A DNA stretch of 63,864 bases, filler included, from Platydemus manokwari (GCA_037951405.1; 6 parts of 6 records of this genome joined end to end with filler, not necessarily neighbours in it); one strand, 5' to 3'; shown: positions 40,291-54,129, counted from the first letter of the whole stretch. The notes: generated by a model not told the origin, from the letters alone. Translations and numbers: made by a program.

Positions 40291-43005
40291 GTTATTAACA
40301 ATTATTAACACACTTGTTGAAATCAATTGCTGTTGTTGTTGATCAATTAATAATACATAATTTTTTTTAATTTCAGGTATTTAATTATAAATGGTTCGAC
40401 CCAATTCGTTCAGAAATGGTTCTTTTTTATAAAAATTTTATATATCCCAATTTATTTAATTTTATTAAGGCACTATTTATTGAATTCTAAACATTGTTGT
40501 CCTCTTTTTCTTATCTGCTGTTAATTTTCTTAACTCATAAAATAAATCTGTTATATTCGCCTCTGGTGACGACTTTAGTTGATTTTGAAAACCTCTTTAT
40601 GATTTATGTTTTGTTTTTTTTCTATTTTTATATCTTTTCCTTCATTTTGTAATAAATTTATCAAATACTTAAAATCTTTTCAAGTTATATAATTGGGTTG
40701 ATTTGTTAACTTATTGTTATCTGAAATATTTTAAAATAGATTTCCATGTCTTTTTTCAGTTTTATTTGTGTGGCCCTTCTACCAATTATTGGTTTCCATC
40801 TAACTCTACAATTGGTTGATTGCCATGACTTTATGGTTATCCAGACATGCGAATGCTTAAAGTGCTAAAATCAGGGTTCCAAGTTGCAAATCCGTTTTAT
40901 TGCAAGATTTCGTCTCACTCAACAATATTTTACTATATCTTTTTTGTTTTTCACCTGGAGGGTGGTGAAAATTCTTTTTTATTAATTTCAGGATCTAAAG
41001 TAAAACACCCATGGTTCCTACTACTAGCTAAAATCGCATTATGTATCCGCTTCGTCAACTCTGGCCAAACACGTCAACAAATGAAAACAGTGTGCGCAGC
41101 TGTATAGCAATTTAAAATTTTTAAATATGGAATCAAGAGAATTATAAGAACACTATCAAGAAATTCACCAAGAAAGGTTGAAATCTGTAATATTTTGTCT
41201 GAGCTATTTGAAATTGAAAGGCAATATATTAACTTACTTTGGCAGAAGAAATTTAACCATTTTATAAAGAAAAACAATGACGTGGCACCAGTGGAGAATG
41301 ATTGATTTTTATTCCAAAAAATGTTAAACATTAAGATGAAGGAAATATGGTTTATATCACACTCTTTAATGCCCGTTGTTTAAAATGAACGTGGTTCAGG
41401 TGTTGCTAAACCAATTATTAAGATTATTCTTAAAGTTTATTTATTTGTTTAAATTTATTTGCTTTCATGACAATTGGAAAATCACCTCTACAACAAATCT
41501 CCAAAACATTTCCCTCTCACACTCTTAACTTATTGATAATATAATTATAAAATAATTATAGAATTCCTATAAACTTTAATTATAAATCATCAGCCTTATA
41601 CTTTAAACATAATTTATGCATTTTCATCATTTTATTTTAAACCTTGAAATCATATTCCTATATCACGTACTCTAATGAATTTTAATGCACTATTCGCCCA
41701 ATAAGAGACAGTAGGCAATGTTATGAATAAATATTTATAATGATATTCAAGGTATACGAAAACAGAATGTCGCCGTTAAATATCAATAATTTGACTAACA
41801 GTTATTGATAGGCAGAATCCTTGATCAATATAATTATATCAAGTAATTATATCTGTGATAAATAATTCACAGAAGAGAATTTAAAACGAGATTAAATTTA
41901 GTAGTGAATACAATGATCTTTTGACTTTTAATATTGAGATTGTAGAAATCTTAATCATAGAAATTATATGATCTTACAATTGCTCGATGGATTGAAAATA
42001 GGTATCCACTTTGAATGTAAATTATGTATTGAATTTATTAGGTTCAAATTTGAGGAAGTTTTGCTTGTGTTGTTTGTCATAATATTTTTGTTTAAACGTA
42101 GAATGTAGAAGTTGGATGTTTATAAATATCCTAAAAACCATAGAAGACGCGTGGAAAAACTCAGTTTTTCTTTGAGAAAATAGCAACTTTATATTACAAG
42201 GACAAGAAAGTGTGCGTAACTTTGAAAATCTATTGACCATTTCCAAAGAGCAATGATGAAATTTCTATATTACTTTTTGTATAGATTCTGGGCAGTTTTG
42301 GGTGTAATTACAACCTTGATAGGTAATTAGTCAGTGATTGTGGTAATAAAAGTATTATTAAATCAATATTATAAGCTGTATTCCTTTTCATAGCCTATTA
42401 ATTGATGTGAATAGAAAAATAATAAACGAAGGATCATTTGAAAATGGAAAAAAAGTCAAATCATAAGGGAATTATTAATTATTCAAAAGCCAATAGGTAA
42501 CGAACGGATGAAAACGATGTGGAGTAGATTAAAAAATTAAAGAAGATCAAGAATCTAGAATAGAATCTAGTCCTATCAGAAACGAATCTCTTCAAAGAAC
42601 TATGTTTGGAAAAATTATGTACCTTTTCAATTCTACAGAAATTCAATGCACAAATAAAGAAATGGAAATTAACGAATGATGTAAGAGTTATCAAGTGTTA
42701 AATGAATGATAATAATAGCAATAACAAAAGGTGAAAAGAAATATTGAAGATACTTATTGAACTCAACAAATAAATGTTACAGAAATAAGTGAAATTATAT
42801 GTTATATCCAAACAATTTTATGCAGCCCTCAACAATTGTTTTAGGCTAAATTAAAGGATCGCAAAGAATATCATTTGCCAAAAAATGATATTGGATAACG
42901 AAAGTTAACATCTATAACAGATAATTCATCACTTGCATAAACGTCGTACCTAATTTTATTTGAATCCATTTTAATAAATCTTTATATAAAATATTATTTA
43001 TTTTT

Positions 43006-43246
43006 AGTGGTCTCAGGGTATAACTCGAGGGTATATGAAAAATGTTTTTTCTATTTTTAAAAAGAAGGGGTATGTCAAAAATATTTTTTTATTTTTCAAA
43101 AAGAGGTATAAGTCTAGGTTTTTTATTTTTGTTTTTTCCAAACGGGAGTTAAGTCTAGATTTTTATTTTTATATTTTAAAAGGAGGGGTATCTTTTTATT
43201 AATATTTTTTTGGGGTGTGTGCTAAAATAGTAGTGTCCCCATTACT
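43006..43246. repeat. Array of about 40-bp units (T-tract followed by AAAAGRGGGGTAT-like motif)
   Basis: Motif near 43059, 43098, 43140 and 43178. Confidence 0.55.
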
Positions 43247-44420
43247 TTCGGTAGTCAAATATTGAATATAAAGAAGAAGTGTGATATTCTTTTATGAATT
43301 ACCTGTATTATTAACAAATATAAGAGGTAAGATTTGCATGCTACTATAAAAAATTTGTTTCAAATTGTGCTTTATGCAACTTATTGTTGGATATACATAC
43401 ACATATAGTTAAAATACATGCAGTTATAAGCAATTATAAAAATAATGAAACATATAATTATATTGATGGAGATAATTATTATAAAAATTTAGAAAAATGG
43501 AGTTATCATCATGATTGAATTATATTGTCATGGAAATAATAAACACATTCATAGCAATTCAAATTTGAAATCCAAATCACCATTGGAAATTAGAATAGAA
43601 AATATCAAATGATTCATAAATCCCACAAATACACACTATCACGAATAGAATAGAAAATAATTCAATTGCCAGTCAAAACCGTCCAATAATTTAGATACAT
43701 CGTAAACAATTTTTTATAACTGCTGTGAAAATTATCCAAGGAATTTCATTGCAAATTCCATCGAATTTTTAATTAGCCATGGTAAATTTTTTTCATTACA
43801 TTTTATCAGTCTCCGACAGGTTTTAGCTATAAATTTGTAATCACTAAGTCGCCGTCCAAAATCAAAATTTCCTTAGTTTTACATCGAGGTAGGACATCAC
43901 ATACTCCAGTCTGTCAATTTTTCATTTTTGAGGTCGCCTCATTGCTTTCTTTTAGCGTCACGCATCATACCTTTGTCAAATGGTACATTCGCATACATTT
44001 TTATATTGGGTATTAATATTTATTTTGATTACTAGTAATACACATCTAATTACCTGTTACTTGTCAAATCTTTGGTGGAAACATTAATTATCTGCCTTTA
44101 ACTGCTTATAAATCATTCATGGTTTAAATCATCATGAATATCTTGCGGATTTAAATCTACAAAATCCACTTGATTGAATTCCATCATTATCAACAGATGA
44201 AAACATTAAAGAAAAATTGAAAATTTACTAACAATTTAAAATGATAAAAATTTTAAATTGTGCATACTTTAATGGGAAAAATATTGGGTTTTTTAGGTCC
44301 CTTTACGCGTCGGAGCAATACGATCATTATCATATAATTCAGTAATCGAGATATTAAAATCAATTTCTTCGTGACTTTTCGATCTACTTTTCAAGAAAAA
44401 TATAAAAATCAAATTCAAGC

Positions 44421-44571
44421 CGTGAGGAATTTAAAATTCAAAGATTTAATAACAGATTTTATATAAAATTATATTAATTTATTTATATAATTATAGTTAG
44501 ATATATAATTTTATGTAGTGACTTTTCTGTTGGTTTTCAACGTGTTCCTTAATTAATCGTATCAGCTTAAA
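44421..44571 (+). mobile_element. TRIM family A solo LTR, degenerate
   Basis: ATTTTATATAAAATTATATTAATTT..GTGACTTTTCTGTTGGTTTTCAACGTG..TCAGCTTA, the reverse complement of the 10718-10871 LTR. Confidence 0.6.
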
Positions 44572-45615
44572 AACGTGATAATCAATAGCAATCAACGAAT
44601 TTTAATAAAAACTATTTTAAAATCTATCTGAAGATTTATTATTAGTGATAAATTCTTCGAATTATATTTTAAATTTTTGTATCCTTTTCCGCACTCTATT
44701 TAAATGTGATTTTGTTTTAATTGGCTTTTTTAATTTATTTACGACATCAGTTTATTGCATAATTTACAGAATGTTCTATACTCTATAAATCAATTGTGGT
44801 TGTTATCAAATAAAATAATATTTATAATCATGAAAATATTCCCTCATCATGTAGGACGTTATTCATTGGCAAGTCAGATCGATTTTAATAATCTAATAAT
44901 ATATTCCAAACTATCGATCGATTGAAAAATAGAGAATTCACATAAAAGATGTTTGGAAAATCATTTTAAACAAGAATTAATTTGGATAATTATTTTGTGG
45001 AAATCTTATTATTATACTATAGATTTGTTATGAACCCAATAAACAGAAAGTAAATGGATGTGAACAAATGATTGGGTATCAATGGAAATGAATTATTTTT
45101 AGTAAATCAATATCTGCACCATATTATGTCATTGGTTTGATCCATAGAACTATTTTCGTTTCACTACATTGTGTTTAAATGAATCAATTAGAAATATTAT
45201 CGATCCAGTTATATAATGTCAATAAATCCAATAGAAAATTGAACGCCATTCACAAATGCCATAAAATATTTTAATCTCAAATTAAAGTTTTTAAACAATA
45301 TAATCACCATCGATAACTGTTAACAATGAGATCTTGAAAAATTGAAAATATCAATAAAGACAGTTTATATAATCACGTGGAAAATGTTTTTTTTAATTTC
45401 AAGGTTATTCTAATAAAGTTAAACAAATATTTTATTTTAATGTAAATGGATTATTTATAATTTAATTTAATACGAAACCAAGTTGTTAATTTTAATTGGA
45501 AAAAAGTATTTTAAAAATAATTTTTTTATCTTCCCTTGGCGAGCTAATGACACCAAATTTCTTTCATATTAAAACCGAAATCAATATGACAAACATTAAA
45601 ATGTCCTTATAAATT

Positions 45616-45627
45616 AGCCAATCAAAT
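45616..45627 (+). promoter_or_regulatory. Canonical NF-Y CCAAT box upstream of the P450
   Basis: AGCCAATCAAAT about 120 bp upstream of the ATG, with a CRE-like GACGTCA at 45663. Confidence 0.4.
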
Positions 45628-45741
45628 ATCAAATTATATTATTCTTGGTCTCGATAATGTAAGACGTCATTGATTTCACAACGAAACATTGGACTCTAAA
45701 TAAATATTCATGATGCTATCAAAATATTCATTTGGAAAACC

Positions 45742-47265
45742 ATGTGGTCAGCAGCTTATTTGTGTTTGATAGCCTTTATTATCACCATCATTTTATGTAT
45801 ACAACATGTGAGAAAACGCAGTCACCATCCACCAGGACCCATTGGACTCCCATTTGTTGGACTTCTACCATTTCAGGTTATTTCGTTAATGTTTCCAAAT
45901 ATATTTCCTAAAATATCTCAAATTAAATTATTTCAACAAATGAGAAACCAATATGGCGACATTTGGTCCATGGAATCAGGTAGTCAGAGAATTGTGACAT
46001 TTGCATCAGTTGATGTCATCAATGACTCTTTTAAAAACAATGCTCATTTATTTTCTGGAAAACCTCTGAATGATTTGTTTAAACTTTTATCGGATAGAAA
46101 AGGACTATTCTTGAGCGATGGCCAATTATGGAAAGAACGTAAACAATTAAGTATCAAAGCATTGAAGAAGATGGGAATGGGTACAAGTGAGTTAGAAAAC
46201 ATGATTGATGATCAAAGTAATTCAATAATAAACCATCTACTTAAGAAATGTGATCATCCAATGAGCACGACAATTTTTTTCTCGGAAGTAATTATGAATT
46301 TTGTAACCAAGCTCCATTTTGATGATTATATCGACCATGATATTGAAACAGTTCACAAATTAATAACTGATATTGATAATTGTGTAATGACTGAGATAAA
46401 TTTCGGCTTGTGTGTGGTATTTCCGAAATATTTCGCAAAAAAACAATTTAGAAGATTGTTTAAGGAAGAAGGTAAATTATTTCAAGCATGGGAGAATATG
46501 TTCAGCTTTGTCTCAAAGAAATGCCATGAACGAGTACGTATTCTAACTGTAAACCAAACACCGAAGTGTGTTTTTGATTATCTTTGGATTGATTTTGATA
46601 AGATATCTATCGATAAAGATATAAAAATGAAGAATATCATTCATACAATGGTAGATTTATATCTTGCAATTGCTGATACGATCAATAGTTTTCTCACATT
46701 TTGTACTTTAATGTTGGGTCGATATCCTGAATTACAAAATGATTTGAGAAGTGAGATACGCACTTTAACTGATGATTATAAGAGTATCGATATGAGTATG
46801 AGAAAATATTGTCCAAAATATTTATCATTTATTGATGAGATCCACAGATATTGTTGTATAGTAACTGCTACTGTAAATAGAGTGACAGAGTCGTGTAGAT
46901 TTCGAGGATATGATCTTTACCCAGATGATATTATCATTCTAGATTATGAAACATCTAATCGAGACAAGAACTTTTACAAAGATCCTGATAAATTTGATCC
47001 TTACAGATTCTTGGATGAATCGCATACTCGATATATACACAATAAAAATCTCTTCCCATTTGGAGTTGGTCGCAGAGTTTGTATTGGTGAAAGTTTTGCA
47101 AATACGGAAATATTTCTAATTCTGTGTAAAATAATTCTCGTATTCAATATCTCATTGCCCAATGATACTTTGAATAGATTTGAAAATATTTTAGAAGGTA
47201 AAGTAGGCTTTATCCACGGGACATTGGATCATTCAGTTAATTTACATTTAATGAGTACCACTTAA
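45742..47265 (+). CDS. Intronless cytochrome P450, CYP2 clan, 507 aa
   Basis: N-terminal anchor, PPGPIGLPFVG hinge, K-helix EIHR, PYRF (PERF-like), and heme motif FGVGRRVCIG. Confidence 0.95.
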   Translation: MWSAAYLCLIAFIITIILCIQHVRKRSHHPPGPIGLPFVGLLPFQVISLMFPNIFPKISQIKLFQQMRNQYGDIWSMESGSQRIVTFASVDVINDSFKNNAHLFSGKPLNDLFKLLSDRKGLFLSDGQLWKERKQLSIKALKKMGMGTSELENMIDDQSNSIINHLLKKCDHPMSTTIFFSEVIMNFVTKLHFDDYIDHDIETVHKLITDIDNCVMTEINFGLCVVFPKYFAKKQFRRLFKEEGKLFQAWENMFSFVSKKCHERVRILTVNQTPKCVFDYLWIDFDKISIDKDIKMKNIIHTMVDLYLAIADTINSFLTFCTLMLGRYPELQNDLRSEIRTLTDDYKSIDMSMRKYCPKYLSFIDEIHRYCCIVTATVNRVTESCRFRGYDLYPDDIIILDYETSNRDKNFYKDPDKFDPYRFLDESHTRYIHNKNLFPFGVGRRVCIGESFANTEIFLILCKIILVFNISLPNDTLNRFENILEGKVGFIHGTLDHSVNLHLMSTT

Positions 47266-47759
47266 ATTAGTTTGTGTTCTGTAGCTTGCCTATGGGAAAT
47301 TTGATAAAATTTTTGATATTATCAATTCCTGCTCTGTAAATACAAAACAGTCATTTGTTGTATCAATTATCGATTATCATTGATAGTTAAAATCGAGATT
47401 TCAGTATCGAGAGGTTAGTAATATACGTGTTGAGTTCCTGAGCTTTAGTGTTTCTATTGATTAATCATTAAATTTATAATTGATAACAATACAATCTGTA
47501 TTGTGATCTGTGGAACACGAGTGAAAGCGTAATGTTTATTTGTAATACATGCGTGGAGGAATTTAATTTTTTTTATAATTACATTTTGATACTCTTTAAA
47601 TCCTTGCATACTATTACATTATACCATGAATCATAATAATATATTAAAATATGTGAACCCAAGTCAAATTAATTAAATAATTTCGAAGTAAGGTCACGAG
47701 TGGGTTCAAAATAATTTAAGATATATATATTTACACGAAAGATTACCTACCATAAAAAT

Positions 47760-50600
47760 GCTAATTCCTTTCGTGAGCCACGTCGTTTCATGTATGGATT
47801 TGTTGGTAAATCTTTCTTCTCAAATTTAGTCTGTAGATATTGTTATACGTCTTGTCATTATTTGCAAATTACTATGTCCCTTGCTGTAAATATGCACCAA
47901 TTGAATATCCCATTCTAATTAGTATTTCGATTTGATAACTTCTAACTGGTTACTGACATGTGTCTGTTTTGTTTGTATATCAACCGTTTCAGAGAGTTGT
48001 TCGAAATTCTTTAATCAAATTTTTACTGGTCCATTTTATCTCATTGTATACAACACTAATTGTTGACAATCTCGGGGTAAACTTCAACCACAATTGTTGA
48101 AATAGATATCTGTTCAAATTTAATAGTCCATTGTGGCATATAAACAATTATCACTGGTGATCATAACACTTTTACAAGGTGAAATCAAATCTCAACAACC
48201 TTCACGTTAAGATAAAACCTTAATTATATTGCGGGCTAATTTCGTTAGTTTACAGAACATAATGGCCTTTACGTGATCAACAATAATAGTACCAGATAAA
48301 AATTACTTTAAAAAGCAAGTTTCTTAACATCATCATATACTATTTGGTAGAATATGAAATTAATGCTTATACGCACCACATTGTATTTTTATCAATAAGG
48401 CATGAGCGGAGCCTCGAAATGAGTTTAAATTTAATTAATTTAATATTTCTATTTTCATTTAATAAACCGTTAGAAATATTTATATCTATCTTTGTTATTT
48501 TATTTATTATTTATCATGAAAAAATGGTTTGAATATTATTTAAGATGTCGTAAATTGGAAAATATTTCATACGATTGGTAATGAAAATGGGTGATGGAAA
48601 GAATCAATATAATTAATTAAGGTTTTCGACGAATCATGATTGTAAGCCCCTATTATTTTTAAAAATCGCTCAATGAAAACAAACTGAAAGTCACGATATC
48701 CAATTATACTTAGAAATACAATTATTTAAACCAAAATTTGATTTATACAAAAAAATTTATACCTAATTAAATTCTAGATAAAACGAAATTTTATATAAAA
48801 TTTAATTTGTAGAAATTTTAATTCAATTTAAAATGTTCACAATGACAGAATCAATGAACAAGATTAACGAAAAATATGCAGAATTGGTTTTGATTTTTTA
48901 TTGATTTGTGAGAGAGGTAATTTCATTAAAGCAAAGTTGAATATAACATGATCTATAATCTTTATAGAAGAATGCGTTCCCCTTGTATTTCCTGCCCTAA
49001 CTGTAACAGCAATGTACGTTTATCATTATATGTGCAATCCTGCACTGGGCGAACGTTTTGTTGTAAATGTTTTCCCTACACATGATTGTTTACTGAGGGG
49101 TTTTGACATGAACGTTCTATATGACCAAAATGTCCACATTTGTAGCATTTAATTTGTCTCTTTATACTTACGTTATAATTTTGAATAGACATACGGATTC
49201 GATATGAACTGATTTACTGTGTTTATCGCGTTGTAAATTCGGTGCAAATGCATTGACTTATTGAGTATGACCCCATTCAATGAGGTTATCATTAATGTCC
49301 TATAGCTGATTGCAATTGTTACCAAAAGTCTTTGTCGACGTATTTTTCCTTAATTGTCATTGTTAGTATTGTTATCTATATTGTTATTTGTCTCTTATTA
49401 TCACTTTACCATTTATTATTTATTATTAAACTTATTCTCTTTAGTTGCTAGTACTGTTTCGTTATTGTTTAAGTTGGAATATTCAACTTGTGCTTCGTTG
49501 CTGAAATTCGTAATCTATATGCAGATTTAATACTGTTTAAATGTTTGGAGCTAATACATCTTCAAAGTTGGTTTTTGATCATTACTTCTTTATCGTCATC
49601 TCACACAGTTCTTGGACCGAAGGTTCTTTCTACTTGTTAATTGTTAATTTGTGCACAAATTCTCGTATATATTCTCCTAGTATTCCTCTTTTTAATCTGT
49701 TTTTCTTATGATTTCTATGATTTGTTTGCCCTTCACAAGTGGAAAGTTTATATCTTTTCTACCTACTTTTATATCTTTTTCCAAATAAAACATTTTCTTC
49801 TATATCTTCTGCTTATATATATTCTAAATTGTTTATAGCTTAAAAGGTCATTTTTTTCTCCAGTTCATTTAAACTCAATGTTTTCATTGGTTGTCGAGAA
49901 TATTGTTAGTTTGAGACTGTAATATAAACTCTTAAAATCCGATAGGTAATTACATTAAATGGATTACACTCGGCTTGCTGCAGTGCCATTAAAATATGAG
50001 TTTATGCATTATGGGCTCCAAATATCTTTTATGTTATTATAAATGAAGGTCAATTTTCTCGTGCTTTTCATCTATTTACATATCAACATTCCCCACTTAT
50101 TCGTCCAAAAGTATTTTGTTCCATTATTATTGGAGTTGTAACATCAGGCTGAGTTGTCGCTATAGCCTAAAGGTTTCTCAACTTCTCTTTGACTGTTAGA
50201 CAGTCATTAAAGATCGTTATTTGATATAGTTCAAGTAATTGGAATCTGAAATTATGACTTTTACTCTGTAATACATAATTTATGTATTTGATCATCTTAT
50301 CAATAAGTAATTTCGGAAATAATTTACTTGAAACATCATTTCTTCGTAGATGAGTACTGGTTTTCTTTTTAATAATCTTTTCATGTCTATAGGTGTCAGA
50401 AAAATAGGTAGATTACTCTGTTTATGATTTTACTCTTCAAGCTTTTTAAGTAATTTATCTTTTATTATCTATTTAGCAAAATTTAGTATCAATCCACAAT
50501 TTTAGTTGACAATTACTACTAAATTGGGGCTCTCTAGTAACTGGCATAGTTACTATAAATAGCTTGTGGTTTGATTTTTTCTGCAACCATTAGGTCAATA
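47760..50600 (-). mobile_element. Decayed Ty3/gypsy-like LTR retrotransposon (gag knuckle and pol scraps)
   Basis: Intact CCHC knuckle CYKCGHFGHIERSC at 49147-49106. Flanking frames are broken and boundaries are approximate. Confidence 0.55.
48641..48841 (-). mobile_element. TRIM family A solo LTR with target-site duplication
   Basis: TGTAAGCC...TTCACA termini, GAAAACAAACTGAAAGTCACGA core, and flanks ATGAT / ATGAC. Confidence 0.75.
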
Positions 50601-51476
50601 AAACAATTTAGCTTTTGATATGTTTAAACAGCTGTCTACATTTTTTAATATTTTGATGATTTTTCGCGCCGAAGTGTTTTTAATTTCAGGGAAAAATTTT
50701 CTGATATTATTTGAAAAAATTTTTATATTGATTTTTGTGAAAATTTAATGTTTTTTGCAAAAAGCTTTATGTTATGTTTTATTATTTATTTGTTAGTATT
50801 AAATGGTTCCCAAATGATTCCCCTCAACAAATAGCTTTGGAAGTCTGTTGGTCAATATCCACGATACATTTTCTCGTTTTCAATATTTAGGAAAACCTAT
50901 GCAAGTTCCATCTGCTTTGACGTGATCGGCTCTAGTAATACATTATGCCATGATTGCTCTTACTTTAACTGATGAATGTAGTCTACTCATTATTTGCAAT
51001 TTTCTAGTGAGATTTTTATAATCTTTGATATAATTTTAGTGTTACGTAGTACTTAAAAACCATTGTTCGATTGCAATCCATTCCTTGATGTTTTGGCCTT
51101 CTTTATAACTTGATATGAATGTATGACTAGGCAATCTGTAAAATATAAAGGTGAGTGAAAGGCTCATCATTTTGGTTTGAAACAATGATAAGCTGTAAGA
51201 ATAGATGTTTTTTTATAAATCCTAATATTATTACGTGTTTGAGTAGGGCTCCTATACGGCCTATTTGATTCAGTTATCTTCTATTAAATTTTCCAAACCT
51301 CCGTTGATTTAAATCCAACAACTTTAGAGAAAACCTAAAAATTGTAAATACACATAAATCGGATAAACGCATGTGCCATTAACCAATAAGATTTGCTCTA
51401 ATGTAAATCCATATTTAGTAGCTAAGAATCGACAGGTACATACCTACAAATAGCAGCAAGCTCAAATATCCGTCAA

Positions 51477-51804
51477 TGTCACGAAAGATATAAAGAAAAT
51501 CTCAAGTAAATCGATCCACGAACAAATCTAGCTCATAGAAAATGAAGATCCGTGACAACGGGAGGTGGACACATCCCATAGGACTATAAAATAGGTTGAG
51601 TTCGATTGATTTCTGCCAGTCTTTTTCAATCGGTAACTTTAGTGCTGAGCTTATGTGTGATTTAGTAATCAGTCTTTTTGATTACTTTTCATTCTTTTTT
51701 GACTTTCGGGTGCTGATCCCATCTTGAGTAATTTTCTTGTGAATTACATAAAGATTTACTGTTATTGTTGTTGAGTCTTTGAGTGTATTATTTTAGTTAA
51801 TACA
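51477..51804 (+). mobile_element. Possible solo LTR of another family
   Basis: TGTCACG...TAATACA with an internal TATAAAA and a T-rich R/U5-like tail. No TSD found. Confidence 0.3.
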
Positions 51805-52149
51805 AATTTTCAGATCGAAATTGTTGTTTGATAACCCAACAAATTGATTATTTGGTGCACTGTTTAAAGCAGGTATCTTGTAGTTTTTATTTTACTTAAT
51901 ATGTGAGTGCTATTTTTGTTCTGGATTCAGTTAATCAGTCATGAACTAATTCAGATATGAGAATTTATGAATTGTTGTCCCTACCACAGGTTAAAGATTT
52001 TTGATTAGTGGAAGATATTTCTTAAGCTCTTTTATTTGGACATGCTATCCTCCGATAAATCCCATATGAAGATCAAATTGAAAGTTTTATTGATATTTCT
52101 TTAATATTAAATTTGACGTAAGGCATAAATAATGATTGTTATGTATCGT

Positions 52150-52950
52150 AGAATTTAGCTTTTCAGTTGGGATCGAGATTTTTAGGTATTACTTTCAAGC
52201 CATCTTGTTCAATATGTAATGTTTGATGACCTTCAATATATTTTTCGGTGGCTAAGGAGTGTGTAGAGGCGCTGTGTCTGTTACTAGATTTGCGAACGGA
52301 GCTGATTTATATTAAGATAGTTATTAACAAAAAATACCGAATCAAAAATGTATAGGCGGCTTTATCCGACATACGTCTAGTGTCTTTTGTTTCGTTGGTG
52401 ACTGAGACCGTAATAAATTTTATTTTAAAGTTATCGTAAGTTTTTGAACGTTTCTGTAAACATCTATCTCTTTCTTCTCGTGTGACGAAAAGTTTCCGTT
52501 AGATTTATAAAAAGTGCTAGTTGAGACTAAAATGTTAGTGTTCCTGTCGAATTTGTAGTCTTTGGAGTATTTGTTTGAGTTCGTTGTGTATTTGTTTTGA
52601 ACCTCTATAAATTGGCCATTGTTTTCTTTGAAATTATAATCTTGAGCTGTGCAAACATTTTGACGTACAGTCTTTTGTCCTTGTGTGGCTCAAAATCCAC
52701 TCTAAGACCATGGAATAAGCGTCTTAAATTTAAATTGCCTCTTATTGTTTATTTTATCTTGTTTTGTTATTTTTGGTATTTGGATCGACAGACATATCTG
52801 GCGTAAATTCATTTGTCACCTGTAAATTAAAACATGGTTCGTGCTATCATATTTATTACTTTTAATGAGATTGTCATTAATGTCTTTTGTAGATTTGTAA
52901 TCACTGACATGATGTCCAGTATGGAGACATCGTTCACATCATACATTTCT
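52150..52950 (-). mobile_element. Penelope-like RT-end and GIY-YIG remnant
   Basis: SILDIM (FLDV-like), TYVG*SRLYI (YVGxTxR-like) and TLHI (ExLxI-like) occur in the expected order. Confidence 0.4.
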
Positions 52951-53807
52951 TTTATTATTATAAATATTTGTTTATATTGTTTATTCTTATTTTTTTTAAT
53001 TATAACTTATTTTTAGATTTGGCTGTTTTCGTATGATTCATTAAAAGCTAACAAATGTTTATATATAATTATTTATTATTAACTGTTTGGGGTCTCAACA
53101 AACAATTGATTAGATATGGGTTCAAGTTTTTGTAAGTGTATGTGTCATAGAGATTTCTGAAATTAAAATATGTCTTGACAAATTGCCATTAACATCAAAA
53201 ACACTCTAAAATTATATTTAAATAGGGTCACTACATTTAATAATTCCTAAAATATTATTGCAAAGTATATTTTGACGAAAACAATAAGTTGGTTGGAGAC
53301 GAAATAATAGATTAAGACATATTTAATGAAGTAATATCTAATGAAAGGTTGTCCAGAATGAAACATATCACAATTATTTAAGATCTACATAAGTTACCGT
53401 TTAATATAAACACTGAACTTTAAAATTCATAAATTTAACTTAAATAACTTTTATAAAATTATAAAATAATACCAATCAAAATGTTGAATACATTTAATTA
53501 AATAATAATTTATCTTATTCTCAATCTCTAAATGCTCTCAGTCAATCAGGTTATTGTTGAAGTGATAGTACAATAATTTTATTTTTTACAAACAACATTC
53601 ATTCCATAGAATTATCTAATGATCTTCATAATTTTACTGTACATAACAAACTAACATATTGACTCATTGGTAAATATTGTTTTTATTACACGACTAAAGT
53701 TAAAAAAAAAGGGTTCTAAAATGAAATTTTAAAATTGTTTTGTGTATTTCAAAATTCTTTATAGTTTATTTAATTATATTCTTTAAAAACATTAAGAATT
53801 TTTTATT

Positions 53808-54129
53808 GAAGTACTTAAGAAGAATTTTAGTTGTTTGAAATCAAATATTAAATACATTATAGCCTCAAAATCTCCTAAAAATTAATTATTTGAAAAAGGG
53901 ATCAAAGTAGGTGGAATTGCAATTCATTGAGAAATAGCGATGATTCATTTTTCATCATTAGAAGCAAATTGAGAGATATTCTTAATTTTTACAATTATTT
54001 TATAAAAATAACCAATGTTATTATTAAACATATCTGTAATTAACTTGCTCGGTTTATAATTATAAAAATTTTAATTTAAAAACTCAAATAATCATATAGA
54101 AGTGTTGTGATTAGAATGGGAACTTGGTT
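53808..54129 (+). mobile_element. Dispersed repeat family B copy (Penelope-like)
   Basis: Reverse-complement match to 2380-2695, for example TTTAGTTGTTTGAAATCAAATATTAAATACA. Confidence 0.6.
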
